In this document: in pieces, positions 29,401 through 40,191 of the stretch
How positions within the stretch are numbered: the stretch's first letter is position 1
Layout of the letters: every line of letters starts with the position of its first letter
Assembly (NCBI GenBank): GCA_963804165.1
Contig: CAWDPO010000011.1
Span: 64,001-128,000 of the forward strand
Direction: 5' to 3'
Source of the DNA: an uncultured delta proteobacterium
Lineage (GTDB): Bacteria > Desulfobacterota > Binatia > UBA9968
DNA length: 64,000 nucleotides
Program-made: the position numbers and the translations under genes
Notes under the pieces: model-generated
Told to the model about the DNA's origin: nothing
Seen by the model: only the letters and a program-made list of their open reading frames with translations
Databases searched by the model: none

Positions 29401-29782
29401 AAAAGATTCGATTGGAAAGACATTTTACGAGCAGCGCTGTCGCGCTGCAAACGGGTGGGGCGAGGAACGCGCAGTTTGGCGTTTTTCTTTGGCTCTTGTC
29501 GGTGGCGCTGACCGAGTGGTGGAGTTGAGCACAAATCATATCTGCGGCGACAACAGCATCGTCCATCCGGCGCCTCCATTGAGAATTTCCGTCCAGGAAG
29601 TATCAGACTGACCAAGTTAACTAAGGCAATTGACAGATCGGGAACTAAAGTGCGAATCGTCGTTGAAGAATATTGTTGATGTCGATCACTCCTTTTTCGA
29701 CTCTTCAAGTCACGAGAGCTCCGGTTGACGGAGCGGATTCCTTTCGGCTATGCCATTGAGAACAGGAAGGGAGGCGAACGAC

Positions 29783-30409
29783 ATGACCTCGTTAAATTTT
29801 CCCAGGAAGATGGATGTGCCGAGCGAGCATTGGGATCGGCTCTTCGCGCCGAGCGCGTGTCTGGTCATGATCACCACGGTGGACAACGAAGGCCGGATCA
29901 ACGCGGCATCCTTCGGCACCTGCGTGCGCGTGTGCCACGACCCGGTGTTCATCGCCTTCACAGTCGGCGCGACCAAGGACACCTGCAACAATGTTTTGGC
30001 GACCGGCGAATTCGTCGTCAACGTGCCGCCGTTCGAGCGCGAGATTCTTGAGAAGGTCAGAGTGGTGGGCCTGGAATTTCCGCCGCGCGTCAACGAGCTT
30101 GAAAAAGCCGGGTTGACGGCGCTCCCGGCCAAGACTATCAAACCGCCGCGCATCGCTGAGTGCCGGAGCCATTTCGAGTGCGAAGTCGAGTGGACCAAGC
30201 AATGGTTGCACCGGGTCATGGTCGTCGGCAAGGTCGTCGGGGCATCGGTCGACGAGGGGTGCGTGGACCAGAACGGCTACATCGTGTGGGACAGGCTTAA
30301 GCCGGCGCACTATTCCGGTCACGAATATAAAAACGGCTTTGTTGCGGCTTACGAGAAGATGGACGTAGATATGATCTACAAAGAGCCCGTCGGTCCGCGC
30401 AACGTGTAG
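29783..30409 (+). CDS. Flavin reductase family protein
   Basis: ITTVD..NAASF, KDTCNN..TGEFVVN and PPRIAEC..HFEC motifs; GGAGG SD at 29770. Confidence 0.88.
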   Translation: MTSLNFPRKMDVPSEHWDRLFAPSACLVMITTVDNEGRINAASFGTCVRVCHDPVFIAFTVGATKDTCNNVLATGEFVVNVPPFEREILEKVRVVGLEFPPRVNELEKAGLTALPAKTIKPPRIAECRSHFECEVEWTKQWLHRVMVVGKVVGASVDEGCVDQNGYIVWDRLKPAHYSGHEYKNGFVAAYEKMDVDMIYKEPVGPRNV

Positions 30410-30479
30410 TATTCTATTTCAGGAGTTCTTTAAGGAATTTCACAAGCGTCTTTAAGCGTGTCATCCAATTACATGGGAC

Positions 30480-30516
30480 AAAAAAAGGGCGGGGTCTAAC
30501 GACCCCGCCCTTTTTT
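30480..30516. terminator. Bidirectional intrinsic terminator
   Basis: AAAAAAA GGGCGGGGTC TAAC GACCCCGCCC TTTTTT between convergent genes. Confidence 0.88.
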
Positions 30517-30533
30517 AACTGAGCGCGCTCGTG

Positions 30534-30800
30534 TTAGCGCGGATTGATCTCGCTGGCTCTCATTTGGCCATCTTTCTCTGTGTACTTAATGGTTACCTTG
30601 GAGCCCTCTTTAGCGTTCTCAAGGCCCTTCGTCTTGCTGCCAACCAGGATGGTCTTTTCCTCATCCTTGGTTTTAACCTTGATGTCCTTTTCGCCCTTGG
30701 ACACCACGGTGGCTTTCAGCTCCATATCTTGCGCGGCCACATAGGCCGGAGCCAACGTCAAAGCCAAAAAAGCGGTCCCGATGGTTCTTTTCAAATTCAT
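30534..30800 (-). CDS. Small exported OB-fold-like protein
   Basis: Signal peptide (..AYVAA-Q); KEGSKVTIKY; GGAGGT SD. Confidence 0.8.
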   Translation of the reverse strand: MNLKRTIGTAFLALTLAPAYVAAQDMELKATVVSKGEKDIKVKTKDEEKTILVGSKTKGLENAKEGSKVTIKYTEKDGQMRASEINPR

Positions 30801-30846
30801 TCTGTTTCACCTCCTCTCATGTTGATTTAGACGTTCGACGGCTGGA

Positions 30847-30874
30847 AATCTAATGTCATTGACGGCATTGTCAA
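30847..30874 (-). promoter_or_regulatory. sigma70-type promoter overlapped by an ATTGAC-N6-GTCAAT palindrome
   Basis: Minus strand TTGACA-16nt-TAGATT. Confidence 0.5.
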
Positions 30875-31286
30875 TAAAAAAACTAAAATTAAGAATCGAA
30901 TCGCACCAGAATACGCAATTCGTCGTACTAGATTTCATACAGAAGAAGGAATTTGCATCCTACTTTAGCATGGTCATTACCTACACTTGATGTGGTTATT
31001 CAATTTTTCCCTGTGAAAATAGCCGGCTCAAGTAATTCGCGACTGTATATACGCAAAGTGAATTCCACTTCTGCTCGGCGGAGGCGGCACGCTGATTTCA
31101 AGGACCGCTAACTGGTCTATGTTGATAAGTTTCATCGTCTACTGCCCGATAACCCTGGCTCTGTGAGCCGTGCCTTGGCAATCGGCAGCGAGAATACGCG
31201 CTGCGTTGACGATAGGATCGTTGTTTTGTTAAGGGAGATCGGGTTTTATCGCTACTGGATAGCGATAGACCAACAGGAGAGTCCCG

Positions 31287-32245
31287 ATGAAAGCATTCTT
31301 CGGTTTGCTCATTGTTTTGGTGACAGCCGGCGGCACGTTGGCGCAGGGCAGCGCCGAGCGGATACGCATCAGCTATTCGAGCGGCGGCGTGACGTCGATC
31401 GATTTGTCATCGCCCGCGACAAGAAATATTTCCAGGAGCAGAAACTGAACGCCGAACTGATTCGCATGTCGGCCAATTTAGCGATCAGCGCCGGGATCGC
31501 CGGTGAGGTCGATGTGTTAGGCTCCATCGGCAGCGCGATTCGTTCGATCCAACGCGGGGCGCCGCTCAGGGTGATATCCGTGACGTTGCGCCGCCCGTTG
31601 TTTTTTCTCGTCGCGCGCCCGGAGTACGGCAGCATCAAGGATCTCAAGGGCAAAACGATGGGGATCGTCACTTTCGGCGGTAGCCAGCACACCACGGCAA
31701 AACGAATGCTCGCGCTCGGCGGGCTCAACGCCGACAAGGAACTCACGGCGATCCAGGTCGGCGAAGAATCGGTGCTTCTCCAAGCGCTGACGGCGAATTC
31801 GATCCAAGTGGCCGCGATCAGCCCGCCCTACGCCCAGATCGCCAAAGAAAAGTTCAGCATGAAAATTCTCGAGACCTCCACGGACAAGTTCGCCAGCATT
31901 CAAAACGGCGCGGCGGTGAATCTAAAAACGCTTCAAGATAAGCCGGATTTCTTGAAACGATTTCTGCGCGCCCGCGCGCAAGCCAATAAATATTTCATGG
32001 AGCGGGAAAAAGAAGCGAGCGAGCTGCTCGCGAGTATCTGGAAATCGGATTACAAGATCGCCAACGATAGCTACCGCGCTTCGAAACCGGCCTTCACCGG
32101 CACCGGCATTCCCAGCGAGGAAGAAATCAAAGAATACTTGACGCTGGATGCGCAGATCCTCGGCTTAGCGCAGCCGGTCGCGCCAGCGAGCGTGTTTGAT
32201 TTCACGATGCAGCGCGAAATCAACAAGGAACTGGGGATCAAATAG
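31287..32245 (+). CDS. NitT/TauT ABC substrate-binding protein; frameshift at ~31405
   Basis: AGGAG SD; MKAFFGLLIVLV signal peptide and ERIRISYSS join IARDKKYFQEQKL..DLKGKTMG. Confidence 0.85.
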
Positions 32246-32444
32246 CGGATCGATTGAACCGATCCTGCCGAATAAGGTCAAGGCAATTTCACCGGAAGGG
32301 TCGAAGCCCGCACTGCCGTTTTCGACTGCGGTTGATACATTCATTTCCACATTTTTACTCTAGAACCGGTTTGTTCAAGCGTTGACTCCCATGCTGGGTC
32401 AACCTATATCTAGGTGAACGCGATGGTGGAGGTTCGGAACGCTG

Positions 32445-33486
32445 ATGGCTAGTAAAACGATGAAATTCGGTTCGCATTATTTACCGACCTATATTCCCGA
32501 TCTGGATGGACCGTTGCCCGAATTTTATCAAAAGATGTTCAGCCAGATGGAGGAGATGGATCGGCTCGGTTACGATCATATCTGGGTGACGGAGCATCAC
32601 TTCGCGATGTACGGCGGCACGCTGCCCCATCCGCCGACATTCATGTCCGCCGTTGCGCGCAGCACCAAACGGATTCGGCTCGGTGTGGCGATCAACGTCC
32701 TGCCGCTGCACAATCCGATCGACGTGGCCGAGTCCTACGCGATGGTCGACGTGATTTCCAACGGGAGATTGGAATTCGGCGTGGGCAAGGGCAGCGAAGG
32801 GCATGAGTACAAAAAATTCGGCATGGATCAAAAAGAATCCACCGGCCGCATGTACGAAGGCGTTCAGGTCATGCTGCAAGCATGGTCCGACGAACCGGTG
32901 AATTTTACGGGCGAGTTTTTTAACTATCAAAACGTGCCGGTCTATCCCAAACCGGTGCAGCGGCCCCATCCGCCGGTCTGGGTGGGCTGTGCCCGCTCCG
33001 AGGACTCCTTTCGCTGGGCGGGTGAAAACGGTTTTCACTTGATGACGCTGCCTTATCTGTATCGCGAGGCGCATATGTTGCCGAGCTTCATCAAGGTCTA
33101 CCGGGACGGTTTGACGAAATCCGGTCACGATACCGCGAAAACCGACATCCTCGGCAAATTTCATATTTACGTATCGAGCAGTCTCGAGCAGGCAATGGAA
33201 GAAGCCGGAACCATATATCACTTCCTATTACGATGTTCATCGCGCCGCTGATCCGAACCGGAAGGAAGCAGGTCTGCTCTTGCAGCGCGATACCATGACG
33301 CAATTGGAGCAGGGGTTCGTGCTTGCCGGCGACCCCAAGCGCGTCGCCGACAGCATTCGTAAATGGAGCGAGGAAGTCGGGTTAACGACGATCTCCGGCA
33401 CGTTTTACTTCGGCGGCATGCCGCAGGAGATGGCGATGAAGAATATTCGGCTATTCGCGGAAAAAGTCATGCCGGAATTTAGATGA
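32445..33486 (+). CDS. Luciferase-like (LLM) flavin-dependent oxidoreductase; frameshift at ~33207
   Basis: WVTEHHF, PLHNPI, GRLEFGVGKG and PKPVQRPHPP motifs; C-terminal IRLFAEKVMPEF in a second frame. Confidence 0.9.
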
Positions 33487-33571
33487 AGAGAAGAACTTGA
33501 TCCCCAAGAACACAAAACTACCAAAAGCGTGATCCAAACCCGCCCTTCTTTTAAACCTTATTTGATATTGT

Positions 33572-34647
33572 CTAGCGCGTGGGCAAGTAAGAAAAATCGA
33601 AGACCTGATTTGCCGCGATCTCTTTCGTGATGCCTTCGGTCTGGCGGGCGTCGCGGATCGTATCGGCGATTAAGGTGGCGTCGACCCTGCCGTCCGGAGT
33701 CTCGACTTGTTTGTGCTGGTCGTAAATTTTCCCAATCAGATCTTCGTCATCGATGCGCATGGCACGCTTCAGCACGGGTATCACCTTCGCTTTGTTCTCC
33801 TTAGCAAACATTCTTGCGCGGGTGAGTGCACGGGTTAGGCGCCGCACCTGTTCCGGTGATCGTTCGAGCGTCTCGCCCAGGGTGGCGACGCCGGTGCTCG
33901 GCAGGCGCACGAAGTTGCCGGAGAAACCTAAATTGTTAAGTCCTTCGCGATACGCAATAAAATTGTAAGGCGGATTGAGCAGGGCAGCTGCGATACGTCC
34001 AGTCTTCAGCGATGTGATCATGGCGCTCTGTCCGGCGATCGTGATGGTAGTGACTTGGTTGGGATCGATTTTCGACTGGCTGAGGATGCGCCGCATGATG
34101 ATATCTTGCAACCCACCGCGCGACGAAAGCGCGACCACTTTTCCCTTCAGTTCCACGATCGCGCCAATGCCAGGCGCGCCGACGAGATCCTGTAACGGCC
34201 GGTCGACGAATAACATGACCGTCCGCACGTTGATGCCACGAATCGCCGCGGCGACAGCGGAACCGATAGTCGCAGCGTATTGGATTTCACCCGCGAGCAG
34301 CACTTTGATATTGAGTGAAGCGGGCATGACCACCATCTCGGCGTTCAGCCCTTCTTGTTGAAAGAAGCCATGCTCCTTGGCGACGAAAAATGGCATCGCC
34401 GTGATGGTCACCGACGGCAGGCCGATTTTGATGTTCTCGGCGGAGGCGGGCTGAAGAACGATTATGCCTAGAAGGAGAATGAGGATCAGAAATACGGGGA
34501 CGAGGCGTCGGTATCGCGCTCTTACCTCCTCTCCCTTGACGGGAGAGGAATGAGGTAAGGGTGATCTGTCTTCGCGGCGCCCCTCACCCTTGCCCTCTCC
34601 TGCGAGGGGAGAGGGTAAATCCTTTTATGAGCTTGCGTGATCATCAT
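33572..34647 (-). CDS. NitT/TauT ABC substrate-binding protein with a REP-derived N-terminal segment; probable indel at ~34625
   Basis: Signal peptide ..LILILLLGIIVLQPASA-ENIKIG, FVAKEHGFFQQEGL; frame stays open upstream through the REP; nearest ATG is 34647/34644. Confidence 0.8.
34522..34618. repeat. Paired REP-like hairpins (CCCTCACCC..CCCTCTCC..GAGAGGG family)
   Basis: CCTCTCCC-TTGAC-GGGAGAGG and CCCTCTCC-TGCGAGG-GGAGAGGG hairpins in inverted arrangement. Confidence 0.75.
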
Positions 34648-34660
34648 CGCTAAATCCGAT

Positions 34661-35756
34661 TTAATCCAGCAGATAGAGGCGGCGCGCGTTGTCGTTCAGA
34701 ATCTTGCGCTTGGTCGCGTCGCTCAATGTTCGATGATTCACGATCGGCTCCGAGGCGCCGGGAAAGCGGCTGTCGAAATGGCTGTAGTCGGAAGCGAAGA
34801 CGATCCAGTCGTCGCCGACGACCTCGACACATGCGTCAGCTCTTTTTCTTCCGGTTCGCAGGAGAAGTAAAGTTGTCCGCGCTCCAAGAGTTTGCTCGGC
34901 TCCGTCTTCAGGGCCGGCAATTGCACGCCGAGCACTTCGTAATGCTCGTCCATTCTTTCGAGCCAGTAGGGAATCCAGCCGCAGCCGGATTCCAAGAAAA
35001 CAAAGCGTAGTTTGGGAAAGCGATCGAGCACGCCTTCGCCGATGATGACCGAGAGTGCGATCATCTGCTCGAAGGGGTGGCCGAAAAGATGCGAGTAGAA
35101 AAACTTATCGACGCGCTCGGTGCCGGTGGCGTCGGAGCCGTAGCGGCCGAGGAACATGTGCACGCAGATCGCCACGTTGAGCTTCTCGGCTTCGGCGTAA
35201 AGTGGAAAGTAATAGGGATCGCCGAGATGGCGACCTTTGACGTTGGGAAAGAGCGACGCTCCGACAAAGCCCAGTTCTTTCACGCTACGGTGCAGCTCTT
35301 CGACGCTGGCGTTGATGTCCTGTTGCGCCAGCGCTGCGGTGCCTTTTATTCGTTTGGGATTCTCCGCGCAGTATTCCGCGAGCCACGTGTTACGCGCCGT
35401 CGCGAGCGCGGCAGCGAGACCCGCATCGTCCAAAGCCGGAAGCGTGCCCGCGAGTCCGGCGCCGAAAAGCACGGCGACGTCGATGTGCTCGCTGTCCATG
35501 TCGACGAGCCGCGCTTAGGATCCGTCATACCAGGACGGCGCGGATGCGGCCGGCTGTACGGGCCGCCGACGCCGATGCCCAAGCCGTTGGGTCTCGGCCA
35601 AGCTTTACCTTCGATGATCGTCCTGAGTTGGCCGTTGCCGCTCGGGCGTCGGTCGGGAGCCTGGCTTTTATATTTGTCGGGTAAGCGTTCCTTCCAATCG
35701 ATATGGTTTTCTTCGAGATGGCCGTCGGCGTCAACGGTAGGAAATAAATTCGCCAT
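34661..35756 (-). CDS. Amidohydrolase_2 family protein (ACMSD-like hydrolase/decarboxylase); frameshifts at ~35515 and ~34828
   Basis: DADGH, GVLDRFPKLRFVFLESGCGW, FASDYSHFD and KILNDNARRLY motifs; GGAGG SD. Confidence 0.88.
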
Positions 35757-35778
35757 GAATATTCCTCCGCATTCAATC

Positions 35779-36810
35779 TTACGTGTCCAACAGTGACGGG
35801 AAGAAAACTTCTTCGATCTTCGCGAGTCGGCGCGTCAAGCCTTGCTCGTGGGAGTTCTGAAACAACATTTCGAGCATTTTTCGATTTGCACTCACGCCGA
35901 ACGGGAATGGATCTTCGCCGAAGGCCGCCGCTTGAGCCTTGCGATCGTTACTTTCGAAGTACAGATACGCAGGGCTGCCGAAATCTCTCCTTTCATATGC
36001 GGCTTGTTTGCTCTCGCTAAAAATTTTATACAGCTCACCCGCCAGCCAGGGGTTCTCCTCCAGTAAGCGACGCTGCGCGACGATGCCGTGATTTGCCGGG
36101 ACAATGCCGGTTTTTTTGTGGAACGCTTCCACGACCGAACGCCCGCCGTCGGCGAAATAATTTTTTCAAGCGCGGATTACCTTCGAGCTGCGTGCCGCCG
36201 TAGCGGTCGATATTCAGCGTGAACAGCTTTGGATCATGGCGCGGCGCAAAGCCGTAGGCGGCGTCGATCTCGCCGCGGTCGAGCATGACGTCGAAGGTCT
36301 GCTGCGGCCGTAAGCCAAGTCAAGGAAACCCCGGGTGGCCGGACTGTCCACGCCAAGCGCACCGCCGTGGCTCAGGTCCTGGGTGCGCCCGATGAACCAC
36401 GAAACGTCGCGCGGATGGATGCCGTAAAGTTCACGCAAAAAAACCCTAAACCAAAGCGCGGCGGTCATCACATAATCAGGCACGCCGACACGCTTGCCGC
36501 GCAAATCCGACAGATCATTGATTTTGGCGGCAGTGCTTGCGAAAAGCCCGAGCCAGACGAACGCTTTGGCTGGAAAGATCGGCAACGCTGCCCATTGCCA
36601 ACGATCGCTCGGCGCATTTTCGCGGGTAATAAGATACTCGGAAAGGGACATTTCGAAAACATCGAACTCGTCGTTTTTGAGATTGCGGTAAAAAAGCTCC
36701 GGCGGCGTCGTGACGACGATATTGAGATCAGTTTCGGGCGATTTGATCGTACCGTCGATGAGCGGTTCGAAGCGGGGATTCTTGGTGATGCCGAGTTTGA
36801 GTTGAAGCAT
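35779..36810 (-). CDS. 4,5-dihydroxyphthalate decarboxylase-like (periplasmic-binding-protein fold) protein; at least 2 frameshifts (~36320, ~36155)
   Basis: EFDVFEMSLSEY, ALPIFP, LRGKRVGVPDY..TA, MLDRGEIDA, TGIVPANH and DPFPFGV..N motifs. Confidence 0.8.
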
Positions 36811-37032
36811 GGGTCAATTTCGCATCCTTTGTTTTTATCTTACATACGATGAGCCGGCGGACCACGTCAAACTCGGAGTTTTCTCTGAGCGAATCGGCCC
36901 AATGGCTGAAGGGCAGAGAAGAAGAGGGCGCTCGCGATACGGTGCCGCTACAAAGGGGATAGACCGGCGAGACCGATTACCTTCGACTCGCCGATGATAT
37001 TTAGAGAACTTGCCTCGTCAGCGCGCGAACGC

Positions 37033-37841
37033 CTAGGATTGATTCTGTATCCTGAAATGCTGCTCGGGCACAGGATAGCCGGCGGCGCCGAAGGTTTCGC
37101 GAATCACTTTGTTGGTGTCGAAGTAAACTTGCCAGTAGTGATCGGTGTGGCAATAAGGGCGAACGGCGAGCACGGGACCGTTGAAATTGAATTCCAGGAC
37201 TTCGACATCCGGCGCCGGGTCGGCGATGGCCTTCGGAACTTTGCTGACCCGTTCTTTGAGCAGCTTGATCGGTTCGTTGTGATCCACCGAGTGCGCCAAT
37301 TGCGCTTTGAGATCGACGCGGCGATACGGGATTGGCGGAAAAATTCTGAATCGTGTCAGAGAAGATTTTGTTTGCCGATCATGGTCAGCACGTTGTCCGG
37401 TGTGTTGAGCGCGGTGACAAACAGGCCGACTTCCTTCACCGTACCGGTAATTCCGCCCACCGTCACGAAATCGCCAACTTTGAATGGGCGGAGCACCACC
37501 ATGAACGCGCCAGCGGCAAAATTCGCCAACAAGCCGCTCCAGGCCATGCCGATGGCGATACCGGCAGCAGCAAGGATCGCGGCAAAACTGGTTGTCTCGA
37601 CGCCGAAGTAACCGAGAATCGCCACAACCAAAATGATATTCAGAGTGACGGAGATAACCGTGCCAATATAGCGCAGCAGCGTCGGATCGACCTTTTGGCG
37701 CTCGAGGGCGGAGGACACCAAGCGAATAGCAAAACTGATGAGCCAGCGGCCGATCAGATAAAAGACGATCGCGCCGACCACCTTGAATCCCACGAGTATG
37801 ACGACGTCGATAATCGTTTGCATGGTTTTATTCACGTCCAT
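37033..37841 (-). CDS. mscS: Small-conductance mechanosensitive channel; frameshifts at ~37370 and ~37329
   Basis: AAAGIAIGMAWSGLLANFAAG..RPFKVGDFV..GTVKEVGLF; C-terminal VRPYC..YWQVYF. Confidence 0.88.
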
Positions 37842-38090
37842 TGTGTTGCCCTCCCGCGAACTAAAGTACTATCGCTCCCAACCGGAAGCAAATTCTGCGT
37901 TTGAAATGTTGATGAAATAAAAAGCCGCGCCCGCCGGTGGTCGACAATGAAAGTATTCTGTTGAAACGATCCGGCTTGGTTCGTAAGGGTTGCCAGCCCA
38001 TAGCGGATCAAGATGCTTCCTGATTGGACATTGGCCAGTCCATCAGGTAAGAGAGGACAGTTTGCCATCTCGGTGTCTTGGAGGTCGTCT

Positions 38091-38978
38091 ATGAAAATCT
38101 GTCATTACAACAACAATCAAGCAGGCGTGGTCGTGGGCGATCAAGTCTATAATATCGGTGACGCACTGATCAAAGCCGGCCTGGCGCGGCAGGGTTACAC
38201 CATGCTCGAAATCATCGACGCTCTGGCGAATAATCCCGCGGCGATGCAGATTGCCCGCGATGCGGCGCAGGGCGGCGGCGCGATGGCGCTCAGTTCGGTG
38301 AAACTGCGGGCGCCGATCACCAATCCCGGATCGCTCTGGGCCGCCGCGGCGAACTACTATGCGCACCGCGCTGAAATGGTCGATCGCATGGGCAGCGCGA
38401 ACAAGGCGATCGTCAACAAAGATGATTTGATGGCGGAGTTTTTCCTGAAGACGACGTCTTCGATCATCGGTCCCGGTGACACGATCCTCTTGCCGAAGAT
38501 TTCCAAGTTGGTCGATTTCGAATGCGAGCTTTGCGCCGTGATCGGCAAGTGCGCGCGCAAGGTGAGCGAAGCGCAGTCGCTCGATCACGTGTTCGGTTAC
38601 ATGATCTGCTGGGATATCAGCCAGCGCGACCCCTGGGGCAAAGGAATGCATAACACGCGCAATATTCGCAAGGGCTTCGACACCTTTAGCGCTTTGGGGC
38701 CATGGATCGTGACCCGGGACGAAATCGACGAGCCGCAAAATCTTTCGATCAAAGTGTTGCAGAACGGCAAAGAAGCGATGACCGCGCACACGAGCGACAT
38801 GATTTGCGGCTTGCGCGAACACATTCGTTTTCTGTCGAGCTGCCTGACGCTTCGTCCGGGCGATTTGATCACCACCGGCACTCCGGCCGGAGTGAGCAAG
38901 CTCCATGATGGTGACCGCCTGCACGGCACGATCGAAAAAATCGGCAGCATGGAGCTCTTCGTCAAGGACGACGAATAG
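38091..38978 (+). CDS. Fumarylacetoacetate hydrolase family protein
   Basis: FFLK..S, DFECELCAVIG, DISQRD, KGFDTF..GPW and PGDLITTGTPAGV motifs; GGAGG SD. Confidence 0.92.
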   Translation: MKICHYNNNQAGVVVGDQVYNIGDALIKAGLARQGYTMLEIIDALANNPAAMQIARDAAQGGGAMALSSVKLRAPITNPGSLWAAAANYYAHRAEMVDRMGSANKAIVNKDDLMAEFFLKTTSSIIGPGDTILLPKISKLVDFECELCAVIGKCARKVSEAQSLDHVFGYMICWDISQRDPWGKGMHNTRNIRKGFDTFSALGPWIVTRDEIDEPQNLSIKVLQNGKEAMTAHTSDMICGLREHIRFLSSCLTLRPGDLITTGTPAGVSKLHDGDRLHGTIEKIGSMELFVKDDE

Positions 38979-39004
38979 TTTGTTAGCTTTCGCCGAGGAG
39001 TCTT

Positions 39005-40115
39005 ATGTCAGCCGCGCCTAAAGCCAATCCACCTATCCGTACCTTGCTTGGTCCGGGACCGAGCCCGGTAAGCCCGCGCGTGCTCGCAGCCCTGGGGCTT
39101 CCCGTCGTCGGCCATCTGGATCCGAAGTTTCTAGAGATCATGGATCAGAGCATGGCGATGCTGCGCGAAGTCTTTCAAACCAAGAATCGTTTAGCGCTGC
39201 CAATGTCCGGCACGGGCAGCGCGGGAATGGAAACCTGTTTCGTCCAATCTCGTCGAGCCCGGCGACGCCGTGTTGGTCGGCATCAACGGTGTCTTCGGCA
39301 CGCGCATGGTCGACGTCGCGCAGCGCTGCGGCGCGCAGGTGGATACGGTTGAGGCGGAGTGGGGCACCGCGCTCGATGCGCAGAAGTTCAAGGACGCGCT
39401 CGGAAAAAGGCAATATAAGCTCGCCGCCGTGGTGCATGCGGAGACCTCCACGGGCGTGCTCCAGCCGCTCGACGATATCGCCAAAATAGCTCGCGAGAGC
39501 GGCGCCCTACTGTTGGTCGACGCCGTAACGTCGCTCGGCGGGGCGCCGGTGCGGGTCGACGAGCTCGGTATCGACGCCTGTTACAGCGGCACGCAGAAGT
39601 GCTTGGGCTGCCCGCCGGGTTTATCGCCGGTAACGTTCAACGAACGCGCGGTCGAAGTTGTCCGTAAACGCAAAACCAAAGTCCAAAGCTGGTACCTCGA
39701 CCTGTCCATGATCGAGAAATATTGGGGCAGCGAGCGGGTTTACCATCACACCGCACCGATCTCGATGAACTACGCGCTGCACGAAGCTTTGCGCATCGTG
39801 CTCGAAGAAGGTTTGGAGAAAGCCTGGCAGCGTCACCGGCAGGTGCACGAAACGTTCGTTCGCGAGATGCGCAAGCTCGAGCTCGAGCCGGCGGTCGCCG
39901 AAGCGATCCGCGCGCCGATGATCAACGCCGTGAAAATCCCCGAAGGTGTCGATGATCCGAAGGTCCGCCAGCGTTTATATGATGACTTCGACATCGAGAT
40001 CGGCGCCGGCCTGGGTCCGCTCAAGGGTAAAATTTGGCGCGTCGGCTTGATGGGCCACGGCGCGCGGATAGAAAGCATCGAGATTCTCTCCAGGGCGTTA
40101 AAGCAGCTGCTGTAG
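39005..40115 (+). CDS. Alanine--glyoxylate/serine--pyruvate aminotransferase (class V); frameshift at ~39244
   Basis: [42 protein letters not shown] and YHHTAP motifs. Confidence 0.93.
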
Positions 40116-40149
40116 CAGCCCATTGCGATTTCATTCGATATTCACCGCG

Positions 40150-40175
40150 AGGGCGACCGGCCGGTCGCCCCTACA
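40150..40175 (-). repeat. GTAG-type REP
   Basis: Minus strand GTAG GGGCGACCGG CCGGTCGCCC between convergent genes. Confidence 0.7.
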
Positions 40176-40191
40176 ATTGTTCAGTTGGGAA

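Noticed and set aside
30428-30474. CTTTAAG direct repeats at 22-bp spacing as a regulator site
   Set aside because: They lie between convergent gene ends just before a terminator, with no evident target.
15048-39300. Programmed ribosomal frameshifting in the split genes
   Set aside because: There are no consistent slippery sites, the indels go in both directions, and the families are not known to be recoded; assembly error is simpler.
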